NCBI GenBank assembly: GCA_041690135.1
Contig: JAWLHY010000002.1
Coordinates: 912,342 to 976,341, forward strand
DNA from: Armatimonadota bacterium
GTDB taxonomy: Bacteria > Armatimonadota > SYMT01
Reading direction: 5' to 3'
DNA: 64,000 nucleotides
Positions 10,263-20,653 of this stretch are shown one piece after another (the first letter of the stretch is position 1; the number at the start of each line of letters is the position of its first letter). A model generated the notes under the pieces. It was given only the letters and a program-made list of their open reading frames with translations, ran no database searches and was not told the origin of the DNA. Both the position numbers and the translations under genes were made by a program.

Positions 10263-11003
10263 GGCAATCCTTCCGCCAGCCTTTTCCATCTTTCTCCGGC
10301 GACTGGGATCCGTAGACCGATTCACGAGGCCGCTTCTCACAGCACATCCTCAATTTCGACCTGCGGGCCTGGCCGCCCGGAGAATCCCGTCCTTCACCCC
10401 CTCACCGAACTCAAGATACCGCGCGTACGTGCGTCTGCGAGCGGAGAGTGGGCGGAAGGACGACCAAACAACCTGTAGGTAGTTTGCGTTAATGTGGAAT
10501 TCGCCCCATGCGCGAGAGGGATGGAGGATTTGGCGGATGGTCGGCCGATAATCTATCAGGGAAGGCAAGGGACGGCCGCACCGCTTACCTGTGCCGGGAT
10601 GAAGCCCGCGGTTGTGGGCAAACCGGACAGGGTTGTGTTAAAGTGGGTGTTGAGCGGCTGATTGGCCGTCTTCGTGTGCTGTACCCGGTTCAGTCAAGAA
10701 CGGGCTCGCCACCGCCCCTTTTTCGGGAATTACGCTGCAGGCGGGTGCCTCGGGGTGATACTGATAAGGGATCGGGCGGAAGCGGGCCGGGACAGCGAAC
10801 CGGGGCTCGCGACCTCCAGAACTATCAATCTCAAGCCGGCTTGGCCCCAGGGGCCGGAAGGCGGCGGTTGTATAGACTGGGCCGGTCCGGTTAGGTGAAA
10901 AGAGGCTCGCGGAGTGGAGGCAACGTGGATACTCCCCCGAGCGAGCGGTGATGAGCCTGATCGGAAAGGCTCGACTTCTCACACACAAAACGGAGGAGAA
11001 CCG

Positions 11004-13082
11004 ATGAACAAGAAACTGGCACTGTGGGCAGGTGCCGCCACCATCGGGGCGGCCGCGCTGCTCCCGAGTGCCGCCCAGGCGCAGGAGGGCCGCGGCCCCT
11101 TCGCGGACGTTCCGCAGAGCCACTGGGCGTACGATGCCGTGACGCAGCTTGCGCAGCGCGGCATCTTCACGGGCTATCCGGATAATACGTTCAGCGGCAA
11201 GCGCGCCCTGACTCGTTACGAATTCGCGGTGGCACTGCAGCGGATGCTGCAGGACGTACAGCGGCAGATCGCGGCCATTCCGGCGCCGCGCCAGGGTGAG
11301 CGGGGTCCCGCAGGGCCTGCCGGTCCTCGCGGTCCGCAGGGTGTTCCCGGCGCCGCCGGCGCTCCCGGACCGGTGGGACCTCCCGGACCTCCCGGAGTGG
11401 CTCCGGCTGAACTGGCCGAGCTGCGCCGGCAGAACCAGCTGCTGCGCAATGACGTGAATGCGCTCCAGCGGCTGGCCCAGGAGTTCAGCTCCGAACTGGC
11501 CATGCTGGGGTCCGACGTCGAGGCTCTGAAGAAGAACCTCGCCGCGCTGACCGACCGGGTAGGCCGGCTGGAGACCACGGTCGCCAACCTGCCGAAGATC
11601 ACCGGCGCCGTCAACATCGGCTTCCGCGCTTCCAACGCCACGGCCAGCGGCCAGAACCTGGAAGCCGGCGGCAACACGCCGATTGAAGGCGTGGTGGACC
11701 GCGACGGCCGCCTGCTCAACCCGAGCAGCAGCATCCTGGAGCGGGTCAACGCGTTCTACGACATCGACCTGGGGATTACCGCCAACATCAGCGACGTGGC
11801 CACGGCCCGCCTGCTCCTGAACGCGGGTAACTACCTCCGGGGTTACCTGGGCAACCGCATCTCCCAGGTGAGCCCGTCGATCGACGGCGGCGCCGAAGGG
11901 CTGGACACCTTCCCGAACTTCACGGTGGAAGACGTAGTTCCGTACTACCTCTACATCGAGACGCCGGTGAAGCTGGGTGGCCTGGGCGCCAACCTGACGG
12001 TGGGTAAGTTCGGGCATCAGTTCACGCCCTACACCCTCAAGATGGTCGACGTCGATAGCTACTTCTACAACGACAAGACCGACCTGGGTGACTACCCGAT
12101 CACGGGTGGCCGCGCCAACTTCCGCGCCCTGGGGCTGAACTTCAGCACCTACGCGGGTGTGCACTCCAACGAGTACGCGGCGCTCACCAGCACGGCGGGC
12201 TTCGTGATCCCCGGCTTCTACGCCCCGGATCTCCAGCGCTTCCTGCCGCACGGCGCCAGCAACCCGGCGCTGCTGGGTCTGGGCTCCACCATGCTCGAGC
12301 AGAGCGCGGGTGTCCGGGCGACCTACGTCGGCAAGCGGTTCCAGATCGGTGGGACCTATCTCACCGCCGCCGGTTCCGCCTCGGACGTGCCGGGCGCCCA
12401 GGACCTGTTCCGCCAGCTCTCGGTGTACGGCTTCGACGTGAACTTCACGCCGTTCCGCAACATCGGGGTGTCCGCGGCGGTCACGGAGAGCCAGTGGGAC
12501 GGTCAGGTCGACCAGAACACGCAGAAGCTGTTCGGCATCAACGACAACGAGCGCCGGGCTTACGACTTCCGCGTGCGGCTGCCGCTGGGCAAGGCCCTCG
12601 CCACGGCCTTCTACAAGAAGATCGGCGAAGGGTTCGACGCTCCGGGTAGCTGGGGTCGGATGGGTAACTGGATCAACCCGCGCGGTATCGAGGGCTTCGG
12701 TGGAACGCTCGAGATTCCGATCGGGAACCGCCTGACCCTCGACTTCGAGGGTGCGGACTACAACTACCGCATGCTCCATCGCGTGGCGGGTGTTCCGGGC
12801 AGCGACATCCTCTACCTCCGCGGTGGCGTGCGCTTCCCGCTCACCAGCCGCAACAACGTCGGCATCGGGTACGAGCGGGTCGAGTACGATGCGGATCGCC
12901 CGGGCGGCCTGAACCGGCTGGAGCAGTACTACAACATCGGGTTCGGGCACCAGTTCAGCGCGAACCTGAGCTTCAACCTGCTCTACCAGTTCCTGAACGT
13001 CCACAGCGACGGCATCTTCGAACTGCCGGGCTTCGACTACAAGGCGAACATCATCGCCACGCAGTTCACGGCCCGGTTCTAG
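11004..13082 (+). CDS. SLH-domain outer-membrane tether/porin (SlpA/OmpM-like) with collagen-like and coiled-coil stalk
   Basis: GGAGG RBS; signal peptide AQA|Q; SLH motif [24 protein letters not shown]; 12 Gly-X-Y triplets; heptad coiled coil; beta-rich C-terminus ending in QFTARF. Confidence 0.88.
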   Translation: MNKKLALWAGAATIGAAALLPSAAQAQEGRGPFADVPQSHWAYDAVTQLAQRGIFTGYPDNTFSGKRALTRYEFAVALQRMLQDVQRQIAAIPAPRQGERGPAGPAGPRGPQGVPGAAGAPGPVGPPGPPGVAPAELAELRRQNQLLRNDVNALQRLAQEFSSELAMLGSDVEALKKNLAALTDRVGRLETTVANLPKITGAVNIGFRASNATASGQNLEAGGNTPIEGVVDRDGRLLNPSSSILERVNAFYDIDLGITANISDVATARLLLNAGNYLRGYLGNRISQVSPSIDGGAEGLDTFPNFTVEDVVPYYLYIETPVKLGGLGANLTVGKFGHQFTPYTLKMVDVDSYFYNDKTDLGDYPITGGRANFRALGLNFSTYAGVHSNEYAALTSTAGFVIPGFYAPDLQRFLPHGASNPALLGLGSTMLEQSAGVRATYVGKRFQIGGTYLTAAGSASDVPGAQDLFRQLSVYGFDVNFTPFRNIGVSAAVTESQWDGQVDQNTQKLFGINDNERRAYDFRVRLPLGKALATAFYKKIGEGFDAPGSWGRMGNWINPRGIEGFGGTLEIPIGNRLTLDFEGADYNYRMLHRVAGVPGSDILYLRGGVRFPLTSRNNVGIGYERVEYDADRPGGLNRLEQYYNIGFGHQFSANLSFNLLYQFLNVHSDGIFELPGFDYKANIIATQFTARF

Positions 13083-13120
13083 AGCTAGCTGCTCGGCAAC
13101 CGACTATCAGATCGGCTGCA

Positions 13121-13154
13121 AAAGTGGCCCCCGGGCAACCGGGGGCCTACTTTC
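13121..13154 (+). terminator. Rho-independent terminator
   Basis: aaagtggcccccgg-gcaa-ccgggggcctactttc, a GNRA-capped stem followed by a T tract. Confidence 0.7.
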
Positions 13155-13214
13155 GTTCCTAGCCACTCCGGATTCAGGCCGGTCCATTCGTCCGTCGATC
13201 CGTCGGAGCCCAAG

Positions 13215-15107
13215 GTGAAGTATTCCTCCCTCCCGTCCGGTGTTTGCCTCTCCCTGCTGTTGACTGTCCCCGCGGCGGCCCAGGTGCCCGGCGCCGCGGC
13301 GGCCGGTACGCGTCCTCCCGTCCCGCCTCCCGATGCCACTCCCGCCCCCAACGAGCATCTGCGGGGCCTCCTGGCCCTGGACCTCCTGGCGCGGCAGGCA
13401 CCGGAAGCTCTGGTCGATCTGGATGCCTCGTCCGATCCCCATGCCTTTCAGGCGGACGACCTGGCCCCGGACGCGGCGGCAGACGAGCCCTTTCCAACCC
13501 TCGACGGCCCCGATAGCACGGTGAAACTGGCCCAGGCGGCACCGACTCCTACGCCAACCCCTCCTTCGGCTCCGCCTGCCGCCGCGCAGCCGGTCCCACC
13601 GCCGCAGTCCGAGGGAGATCGGGTGCGCATCGTGGCAAACGGCATCACCCTGGAAGGAGACGAGGTCGAATTCAACCCGGACACCGGCCTGTACGTCTTG
13701 ACCGGGAACCCGCGCGCCTTCCGCGGGGAGGATGAGATCCGTGCGGAACGGATGATCCTGAACCCGCGGACCCAGCAGGCAACCGCCGAGGGCGACGTGT
13801 TGATCCGCCAGGGAGGTCAGCAGTTCCGGGCGACCCGTGCGACTTACAATTTCGAGGGGCGCCAGGGTCTGGCGGATAACGTCACCACGGTTTTCGGAAC
13901 CTATTACGTGCGCGCCAACCAGATCGAGTTGAAGCCCGGGCTCCTCTACGAAGGGCGGCGTGTACAGTTCAGCACCTGCCCCCCGGAGCACGGGCACTAC
14001 GGGGTGTACACCCGCGTGCTGGAGGTGAAGCCCGGGGAGACGATCACCGCGCGCAACCTGGGCATCGATGTCTTTGGCCTGCGGCTCTTCACGATTCCGA
14101 AGGTCACCCGCTCGATCCGCGAGGACGAGGAGAACGAACGGCGCGGGCAGGTTTACCCGGCCTTCGGCTACAACAGCTTTACAGGGCCGTACGCCCGCCG
14201 GGAGTTCAACCTGCACCGGGGCGAGGATTACCTCCTGGACGCCGACGTGCGCCTGAACACGTTCAAGCCTCCGTTCGGGGGCCTGTTGTTCGGAACCCCG
14301 GGCAAGCTTCAGGCCATCGGATCCCTCTACTACCGGGACTTCTCAGAGAACCGGTCGGTCCGGAACTTGCAGGTCAGCCGCCTGCCGGAGGTTGGCCTGA
14401 TCTGGAGCCCTCGCGAGCGAGCGCGGCCGGGCGAGCATCTGCCCCACCAGATTTACGGGGTGGGTGGCCGGCAGCAGTCGCAGAATACCGCCTGGATTCC
14501 CGCGGCCGAGGTCTCGGCCGGCTATTTCCGCCAGCATCGGGGCGACCGGATCCTCGAGCGGGACACGCTGAGTAAGAGCGGAGGGCGCATTCGCCTGCAG
14601 GGCCAGGTGGTCAAACCGGTGGTGCGTCTCGGCGGGCTTTCGCTGAACGGGCTTCGCTTTCTCGCCCGGCAAACGTTCTACGACACCGGGCAGCAATTCG
14701 GCGTGATGGGGGTGGGGATCGGCAAGCAGGTGCGCAGCGGGTTGTGGACTTTCCGCGCGGATCGGTTCGAGCAGTGGACGTTCGGCTCGACGCCGTTCCG
14801 GTTCGACGACGTGGAACTGCGGAGCGAGTGGCGCCCCCGGATCGAATACCAGAGTCGCCTCTGGAGCTTCTCCTACACGCTCCGGCTGAACGGCAACAAC
14901 GGAAACGTCTTCGACCAGTGGTTCTCGGTGTCGAAGCTCCACCACTGCTTGCAGCCGCGCCTGACCTATCGCACGCGGGGAACGGATATCCTTTTCGAGA
15001 TCCGGATTCCCGGAATCTCCGGTTTCGGGCGCACGGGCGCCGGCGGCACTTCCACCGTACGGGATACGGAGCCAGGCGCGCCCGTTATACCAACTCAACA
15101 CGATTGA
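13215..15107 (+). CDS. LptD/OstA-like outer-membrane assembly protein
   Basis: Signal peptide; beta-jellyroll-like ATAEGDVLIRQG..ATYNF; FSTCP motif and C-terminal LHHCL typical of LptD-like proteins; beta-rich C-terminal half. Confidence 0.65.
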   Translation: MKYSSLPSGVCLSLLLTVPAAAQVPGAAAAGTRPPVPPPDATPAPNEHLRGLLALDLLARQAPEALVDLDASSDPHAFQADDLAPDAAADEPFPTLDGPDSTVKLAQAAPTPTPTPPSAPPAAAQPVPPPQSEGDRVRIVANGITLEGDEVEFNPDTGLYVLTGNPRAFRGEDEIRAERMILNPRTQQATAEGDVLIRQGGQQFRATRATYNFEGRQGLADNVTTVFGTYYVRANQIELKPGLLYEGRRVQFSTCPPEHGHYGVYTRVLEVKPGETITARNLGIDVFGLRLFTIPKVTRSIREDEENERRGQVYPAFGYNSFTGPYARREFNLHRGEDYLLDADVRLNTFKPPFGGLLFGTPGKLQAIGSLYYRDFSENRSVRNLQVSRLPEVGLIWSPRERARPGEHLPHQIYGVGGRQQSQNTAWIPAAEVSAGYFRQHRGDRILERDTLSKSGGRIRLQGQVVKPVVRLGGLSLNGLRFLARQTFYDTGQQFGVMGVGIGKQVRSGLWTFRADRFEQWTFGSTPFRFDDVELRSEWRPRIEYQSRLWSFSYTLRLNGNNGNVFDQWFSVSKLHHCLQPRLTYRTRGTDILFEIRIPGISGFGRTGAGGTSTVRDTEPGAPVIPTQHD

Positions 15108-15162
15108 AAGGAACCATCAGGCGAGCTGCCGTGTCCTTCCCTTTATGCGGAGGCGTTGCAAA

Positions 15163-17394
15163 ATGAGCAGGCGCTTTGTCCTGGGAACCCTGGTCGTTTC
15201 CGCGGCTTTTGCCGCGGGCGCGATACCGGCTGTGGCCGAATCGAAGAAGGAAGCCACCGGTCAGGCGACCCGGCGTGACTGCCAGGACCTCTTCGTGGTG
15301 GGAACGCCGGGGGATGCGTCGTCAACCGGGCGGTTCGTCCTGACCTGGCGGGGACTGCTTCCCGGAGACGAAGAGGTGCGCCTCGACGGCGTACCCCAGC
15401 AGTACGGCCGGGACTACGACCTTGATTTCGAACGTGGGGTGATCCGGTTCAAGCGGCCGCCCGCGCCGGGGGCCGTGGTACAGGTCGCTTACCGGTTGCT
15501 CCCGCTCAATGCCACGCGTAATGGGCCCATGGGGCGGGATGCCCTGGATGCCACGGAGCCGGCTCCCATTCGCCCGCAACTGCGAGCGGTTGGCCGGGGA
15601 CCGGTCGCCCGGTATTTATCGCTTGACCGAGGGCCCGAGGTTCCGGTAGCCGACGACGTGGAGCCGGGGCGGGTCTCTGTGCGCATCGATGGGGAGAAGC
15701 GCGTCCCCAGTCCAACCTCTGGACAGCTTCGTGACCAGCTCTTGAGCGGGCTGCGGCAGACGGAGCTTCAACAGCGAGTAGACGAAGCCGGCCTGGGCTC
15801 GGCCACGGTCTCCTACCTGCGGGCCGACGCCCTGGATCCGCGCACGGCGCAGGATGCCCGGGAAGAGTTTCGTTCCAGCCTCGACCTGCGGCCCGACGCC
15901 GCCAGTCGCCTGCAGTTTTCGAACTACCTTTCGCGTGAGAGCATCTTTTCGGAAGACTACGAGGAGATCGAGCGCCGCCAACTCCAGTTCGAGAAGACCT
16001 GGGGCCAGTCGACCGTCGGCTTGCTGTGGAACCGGCAGCGTCGCGACGGGTTCGGGATGGCGAACGCCCTGGATGCGCTCTCCCTCACCCTCAGCCATCC
16101 CTTCAATCGCCACCTGAGCGCGGAAGGGTTGTTCTCTTTCGAGAATTCCCTCTACCGTGGACAGGAGACGAGCGGGCTGTTCACCCTCCGCGAGCGGTTC
16201 AATCGCTGGCTCAGTGGGCAGGCGAGTGTTCAGCATCGCGACTCGGCGTTTTCCGGTGCGACGCTCGAGACCGGGGTCACGCTTTCGGCGCGGCCCGGGA
16301 ACAACGCGGAAGCGGAGTTTGCGTTTCAGGAAGCCTATTCCGAACGCTACGGACGCTATCAGCGTCTGGCCTCCGAAATCAATGCCGCGATCACCGAGCG
16401 CGTGATGCTGCTGGGGGAGGTTTCCCGCCGGTACACGCGCGACCTGGGAACGGTGCATTCCTTCGGTCTCGGTTTCAGCGCCCGTCCGACGGCGGGAATG
16501 CTGTTGGACGCTGCCTTTTCCGAGAGCCTGGGCGACGTCATCGGACGCGAGCGTTCTCGCACGCTGCGGTTCAGCATGGACCCTTCCGCGGCGCTGCGCA
16601 TCCAGCTCGGCTACGACCTGCTCGCAAACAGCGATCACGGTCGGTCCGAAAACGGCTTGTGGATGGTAACCGTGGGCGGCCGCCGGTACGTGAAGCTGGA
16701 AGGATACCGGGGAGTGCGGGAGTTTTCCGGTGAGGACCCGATCGAGGACGCCCTGTACCGGCTGGAAGTCCGTCCCCTGGATGCCCTGGCCCTCTCCGGA
16801 AGCTTGCGCCGGATCGGCGATGACGACGACCTCCGCTCGCTGGCCTCGGTAGGCGCCAGCCTCCGGCTGGTGCAGGGCGTGGAAGTTACCGCCACCTACC
16901 GGCGACCTACCGAATCGGATGAAGCGAACCCGGAAATCTCGGGTCGGGATTTGCGTCTCACACTGGCTCCGGTGTCCGGGTTCCGCTTGTTCGGCGAGCA
17001 CAGCACCCGCCCGGAGGATGAACGGGGCGCTCTTCTCGATCAGGTGAACCGCACGCTGGGGGTGGAGACCCACCTGGGGAGCTTCGGCCTCCAGGGCAGT
17101 CTCACCAGCATCCAGGGAAGCCTGTTGGAAGAACCGGGTCGCCAGACGGATTTCCTGGCCAGCCTGAACCTGTCGAGCGGCACTCGCCTCTACGGCGGCT
17201 TGCGCACGTTGGACGTACTGGGGCCGGAACAACTCCGCAGCGAGATCTTGCGCCTGGGCATCAGCCAGACGGCGGGTCCTTCGCTGTTCCTGCTGCTGGA
17301 AGGCCAGTTGGGGTATATCCGTGACCCTGTGGGGGGCCGGGTATACAATCCGGACGACACCCGGGCACAGGCACGGCTCGGCTTCCGGTTCTGA
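15163..17394 (+). CDS. Putative outer-membrane beta-barrel protein with an N-terminal DYxxDxxxGxIxF module
   Basis: GGAGG RBS; signal peptide; alternating beta-strand pattern; C-terminal RLGFRF beta-signal. Confidence 0.6.
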   Translation: MSRRFVLGTLVVSAAFAAGAIPAVAESKKEATGQATRRDCQDLFVVGTPGDASSTGRFVLTWRGLLPGDEEVRLDGVPQQYGRDYDLDFERGVIRFKRPPAPGAVVQVAYRLLPLNATRNGPMGRDALDATEPAPIRPQLRAVGRGPVARYLSLDRGPEVPVADDVEPGRVSVRIDGEKRVPSPTSGQLRDQLLSGLRQTELQQRVDEAGLGSATVSYLRADALDPRTAQDAREEFRSSLDLRPDAASRLQFSNYLSRESIFSEDYEEIERRQLQFEKTWGQSTVGLLWNRQRRDGFGMANALDALSLTLSHPFNRHLSAEGLFSFENSLYRGQETSGLFTLRERFNRWLSGQASVQHRDSAFSGATLETGVTLSARPGNNAEAEFAFQEAYSERYGRYQRLASEINAAITERVMLLGEVSRRYTRDLGTVHSFGLGFSARPTAGMLLDAAFSESLGDVIGRERSRTLRFSMDPSAALRIQLGYDLLANSDHGRSENGLWMVTVGGRRYVKLEGYRGVREFSGEDPIEDALYRLEVRPLDALALSGSLRRIGDDDDLRSLASVGASLRLVQGVEVTATYRRPTESDEANPEISGRDLRLTLAPVSGFRLFGEHSTRPEDERGALLDQVNRTLGVETHLGSFGLQGSLTSIQGSLLEEPGRQTDFLASLNLSSGTRLYGGLRTLDVLGPEQLRSEILRLGISQTAGPSLFLLLEGQLGYIRDPVGGRVYNPDDTRAQARLGFRF

Positions 17395-17429
17395 CGGACG
17401 CATTCGGTTAGCGGCCAGATTCTCACGTC

Positions 17430-17894
17430 GGCGAGACACTTCCGGCAGCGTGGGTCGGGTCCCATCCGGCGAGCCTTCGAAGGCAGCACTCGTAGGGAAC
17501 GTCTCGTACACCCGACGGAGCATATGGCCGCAGTGTTCCGCCGGACGGAATCAGATCCTGTTCTGCCAGCTCGTGGGAGCACGGGTCCCGGTGCGGTTCG
17601 GTTTGGCACAACGGGATCAGATCCGTTGACTGCGGAATGGAACGGCGTCACATTCCCTACCGTCCGGGTTTCCCCGGAAGTGTCTTGAGCCCGAACCACA
17701 TCGGTGGCGGCTGCCGAGGCGTAGATGGAAAAACGACCTACACTTGCATGCAGCCCACAGGATCTGCACGGCAAGTGACCCACTACGACCGTTTCATTTC
17801 GCTGCTGTGGGTGCCGATCCCGTTCGACTAAACTGGAGAGCCGAAAGCACCGGCCACTGTAGGGGCATGGGTTTTCCGCCGATAACGTCCATGC
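17430..17894 (+). ncRNA. Candidate large structured ncRNA (unassigned)
   Basis: Nested long-range stems (17432-45/17674-87, 17492-99/17653-60, 17528-34/17629-35, 17554-62/17610-18) and a hairpin loop complementary to a downstream segment; no credible ORF. Confidence 0.45.
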
Positions 17895-19391
17895 ATGTCC
17901 GCCCACTCCAAGAACAGCATCCGCGCCTTAACGGCCGGCTGCCTCCTGTTGGCCCTGGTTGCCTACGGAGGCGCCGTCGATAGTTATTTCGCCAGTGACG
18001 ACTGGTTGATGCTCTGGCATTACGGGCGGATCCCCGTAAGCCGCCCCTGGCAGTTCTTTTCGCCCGAGGTGGTGTGGTTCTACCGTCCGCTCCAGAGCTT
18101 CCAGTTCGGCCTATTCCACCACCTCTTCGGGCTAGGGGAGTGGCCGTACAACCTGGCGCTGCTTCTGCTATACGGCGCAACTTGCTGTGCCGTGTTTTTC
18201 TTCATTCGCGAGCTCACCGCCAGGCCGCTTCTCGCCGCGGGGATAACCGGACTCTTCGTCGCGCAGTGGGCCTATGCGGACGTGCTCCTCTGGAAGTCGA
18301 ACTATAACACTCTCCACTGGGCCATCCTGACCCTGCTGGCCTGCACCTGCTTTTTGCGCTACCTTCGTACGGATGAGGGACGCTGGCGCACCGCGGCGTT
18401 CGTTCTTTGTGGAACTGCCTTCCTGGCCAAGGAGATGGCGGTGAATGCCCCCTTGCTCCTTTCCGCGCTCTGGCTGTTTCATCGCGCTGGAGAAGGGCCG
18501 CAGACGGATGGGGAGGCGAAGCCTACCGCGCGGCCTCGCGGACTCCGGGCTGCGGTGCAGGACCTCTGGCCGGCCTTTGCGATGGCGCTCTTGTACGTGG
18601 TTGCGCACCGCCTCCTCGTACGCGATGTGGCCGAAGACCGCACCGGCTATTTCTTCGTCGGGCCGCTTCAGGCACTCCGGCAGGCGGGATTCATCTACAA
18701 CCACCTCCTGCTCGCTTTCTACGGGGACCCGCTGTTACTGGCGCGCATGCCTCCGCTGCAGGCTGCGGTCCAGGCGGTGGTTGCCGGATTCCTGATCCTG
18801 CCGCTCCTGCTGGCCGCGTGGGCCTGGCGGGGTCGCGACCGTCTCCTGGGACTGGGTGTCGCCTGGATCCTCCTTGCGTTTCTGCCTGTTCTGCTCCTGC
18901 GGGACTTCCACGCGAGCCGCTTCTACTACCTGCCGGCGGTTGGGGCGGCGCTAATCGTCGCTCGCCTGGCGGAGCGGGGCTGGCAAGCCGTGGCGAACTG
19001 GGGCACATCCGGACGCCGCAGCGCGCGGTTGGTGTTGATTCTGGGCATCGCCTACTGGATGGGCGGGAACGTGGCCCGCGCCCGTGCGATCGTTGGAGAT
19101 GATGTGCGCCACGCCGGCCAGGTCCGCTCCCTGTTCACGCTGTTGGAGGGACAGCGCGGCCGGGTGCCGGAGGGGTCGCTGGTCGTGCTCCAACATGCCC
19201 CCGCGTCCTATTTTGGGGGTGGGTTCGGTGTCCGGGAGTTGGTGCGCTTCGCCCTGAATGACGCGGCCGCGGAGGGCATCCTGGAGGGGCAGCGTTTGCC
19301 CGACGTCCGTCTGGCCCGGCTCCAGGGGATCCGCACCGTATACACAGTGGATCTCTCCGCCACCCCGATGCACCTGCAACGCCTGCGCTGA
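17895..19391 (+). CDS. GT-C fold membrane glycosyltransferase-like protein (ArnT/PMT-like)
   Basis: FASDD loop, FYRPL, AFLAKE and RFYYLP motifs; about 11-12 TM helices. Confidence 0.75.
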   Translation: MSAHSKNSIRALTAGCLLLALVAYGGAVDSYFASDDWLMLWHYGRIPVSRPWQFFSPEVVWFYRPLQSFQFGLFHHLFGLGEWPYNLALLLLYGATCCAVFFFIRELTARPLLAAGITGLFVAQWAYADVLLWKSNYNTLHWAILTLLACTCFLRYLRTDEGRWRTAAFVLCGTAFLAKEMAVNAPLLLSALWLFHRAGEGPQTDGEAKPTARPRGLRAAVQDLWPAFAMALLYVVAHRLLVRDVAEDRTGYFFVGPLQALRQAGFIYNHLLLAFYGDPLLLARMPPLQAAVQAVVAGFLILPLLLAAWAWRGRDRLLGLGVAWILLAFLPVLLLRDFHASRFYYLPAVGAALIVARLAERGWQAVANWGTSGRRSARLVLILGIAYWMGGNVARARAIVGDDVRHAGQVRSLFTLLEGQRGRVPEGSLVVLQHAPASYFGGGFGVRELVRFALNDAAAEGILEGQRLPDVRLARLQGIRTVYTVDLSATPMHLQRLR

Positions 19392-19397
19392 CGCGGG

Positions 19398-20651
19398 TCA
19401 ACCCCGCTTGGGCAAAAGGTCCAGCACGCCTTTGGCCGTTTTCACCCACCAGGGCACCAGGTCGCCGCGATACTGTTCGAAAAACGGCTGGTCCGAATGC
19501 TGGCGCAGCCACCGCCGCCAGCGCGCCGGTGAGGCCGCGCCGCGGAGTTCCGTCAGCGCGGCGGCCATCGTCTCGGCTGGCGCACCCGTGCCGATGAGTT
19601 CGGGAAACGGGGACCGCAAAAGCTGGTTGGAAAGGTCCCGCCCGGACGGCAGCCCCTTGAGATACGCCGCGATGAGCGCGGGATTGCTCTTAAGGATCCC
19701 CAGCACCTTCTCCTCCTCGCGTTGCCAGAGGGTGTCGCGCGTGTCGGGCGCCAGGGTTGCGGTCTTCGTGCTCGGTTCGCCCTGGTGGAGGGCATACCGC
19801 ACCTCGTGATAGGCGCGGATCTCCGCCCAGGTGCCCTGGCGAAGCTGCGCGTCCAACCACTTTCCGTAGCGAGTCTCCGGCGCGCGCTCCGGAAACTCGT
19901 TACGGGCCACATCGAAGAGCAGGTAGTCGCCGGCCTGGGAGGGCATCTCCGCCCGGGAGCCCACGGCCATCACGCGAAACAAAGGGCGTAGGGAACCGGA
20001 TTCGTAGAAGTGGGTGCACAGGGACGCCTCGATCCGCTGTGCGGGCTCCAAGGAGGCCAGCAGCCCGCGCAGCAACCGGGCGGCGCAGGCGGTATCCGCC
20101 AGCAGCAGCAGCGGCCGGGGCGGGGTCTTGCCGTTGCCCTCCGGTTCCACCAGGTGCAGCGCGAGCGAGGCGAGGAGACCGCCGGGAATACCCGCGGCGG
20201 CCCCCGGCTCTCCCGCCAGTGGGTCGATTTGCAACTCCAATGCCGGCAGATCGCGCGGAGCGAGGTCCGTCCCCGGCGCCGCCAGGTCGACCGCATCGAG
20301 GAGGGTGAACGGGTTGGCCCCCGTCTCCAGGAAGGCCTCGCGCTCCAGAATGAGATGGTGGGCCAGGTAATTGCCGTCGCGACCCATCGAATCCTGGCCC
20401 CAGTCGACGGTGCGTCCGATGGCCACTCGCCCGGACGGGAGGTGAAAGAACACCTCTTTCACCGGCAATTCTCCCGCCGTGCGTCGCTCGCGGGGGATGG
20501 AGTAGAAGGCAGCCTTTTCGAGGACCTTCAGGTCTTCCGTCCCGACCAGCTCGCGAGACACGGCCGCGGTCTGGAAACCGCGTCCCCGGTTGGCCACGTA
20601 GCCCCGTTCGACGCTGCTGAAGAGATGTTGGAGTGCGGGGATGGCAGGCAT
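19398..20651 (-). CDS. GTPase-associated protein 1 (GAP1-N2/GAP1-M-like)
   Basis: QHLFSS..G..GFQTAAVS and GRTVDWGQDSMGRDGNYLAHHLIL resemble GAP1-N2; adjacent to a TRAFAC GTPase. Confidence 0.7.
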   Translation of the reverse strand: MPAIPALQHLFSSVERGYVANRGRGFQTAAVSRELVGTEDLKVLEKAAFYSIPRERRTAGELPVKEVFFHLPSGRVAIGRTVDWGQDSMGRDGNYLAHHLILEREAFLETGANPFTLLDAVDLAAPGTDLAPRDLPALELQIDPLAGEPGAAAGIPGGLLASLALHLVEPEGNGKTPPRPLLLLADTACAARLLRGLLASLEPAQRIEASLCTHFYESGSLRPLFRVMAVGSRAEMPSQAGDYLLFDVARNEFPERAPETRYGKWLDAQLRQGTWAEIRAYHEVRYALHQGEPSTKTATLAPDTRDTLWQREEEKVLGILKSNPALIAAYLKGLPSGRDLSNQLLRSPFPELIGTGAPAETMAAALTELRGAASPARWRRWLRQHSDQPFFEQYRGDLVPWWVKTAKGVLDLLPKRG

Positions 20652-20653
20652 GG

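Noticed and set aside
17820-17895. Group I intron R/S-like, group II domain V-like (GGAGAGCCG) and cobalamin (GCCACTG) fragments
   Set aside because: Only isolated short matches; the required partner motifs and pairings are absent
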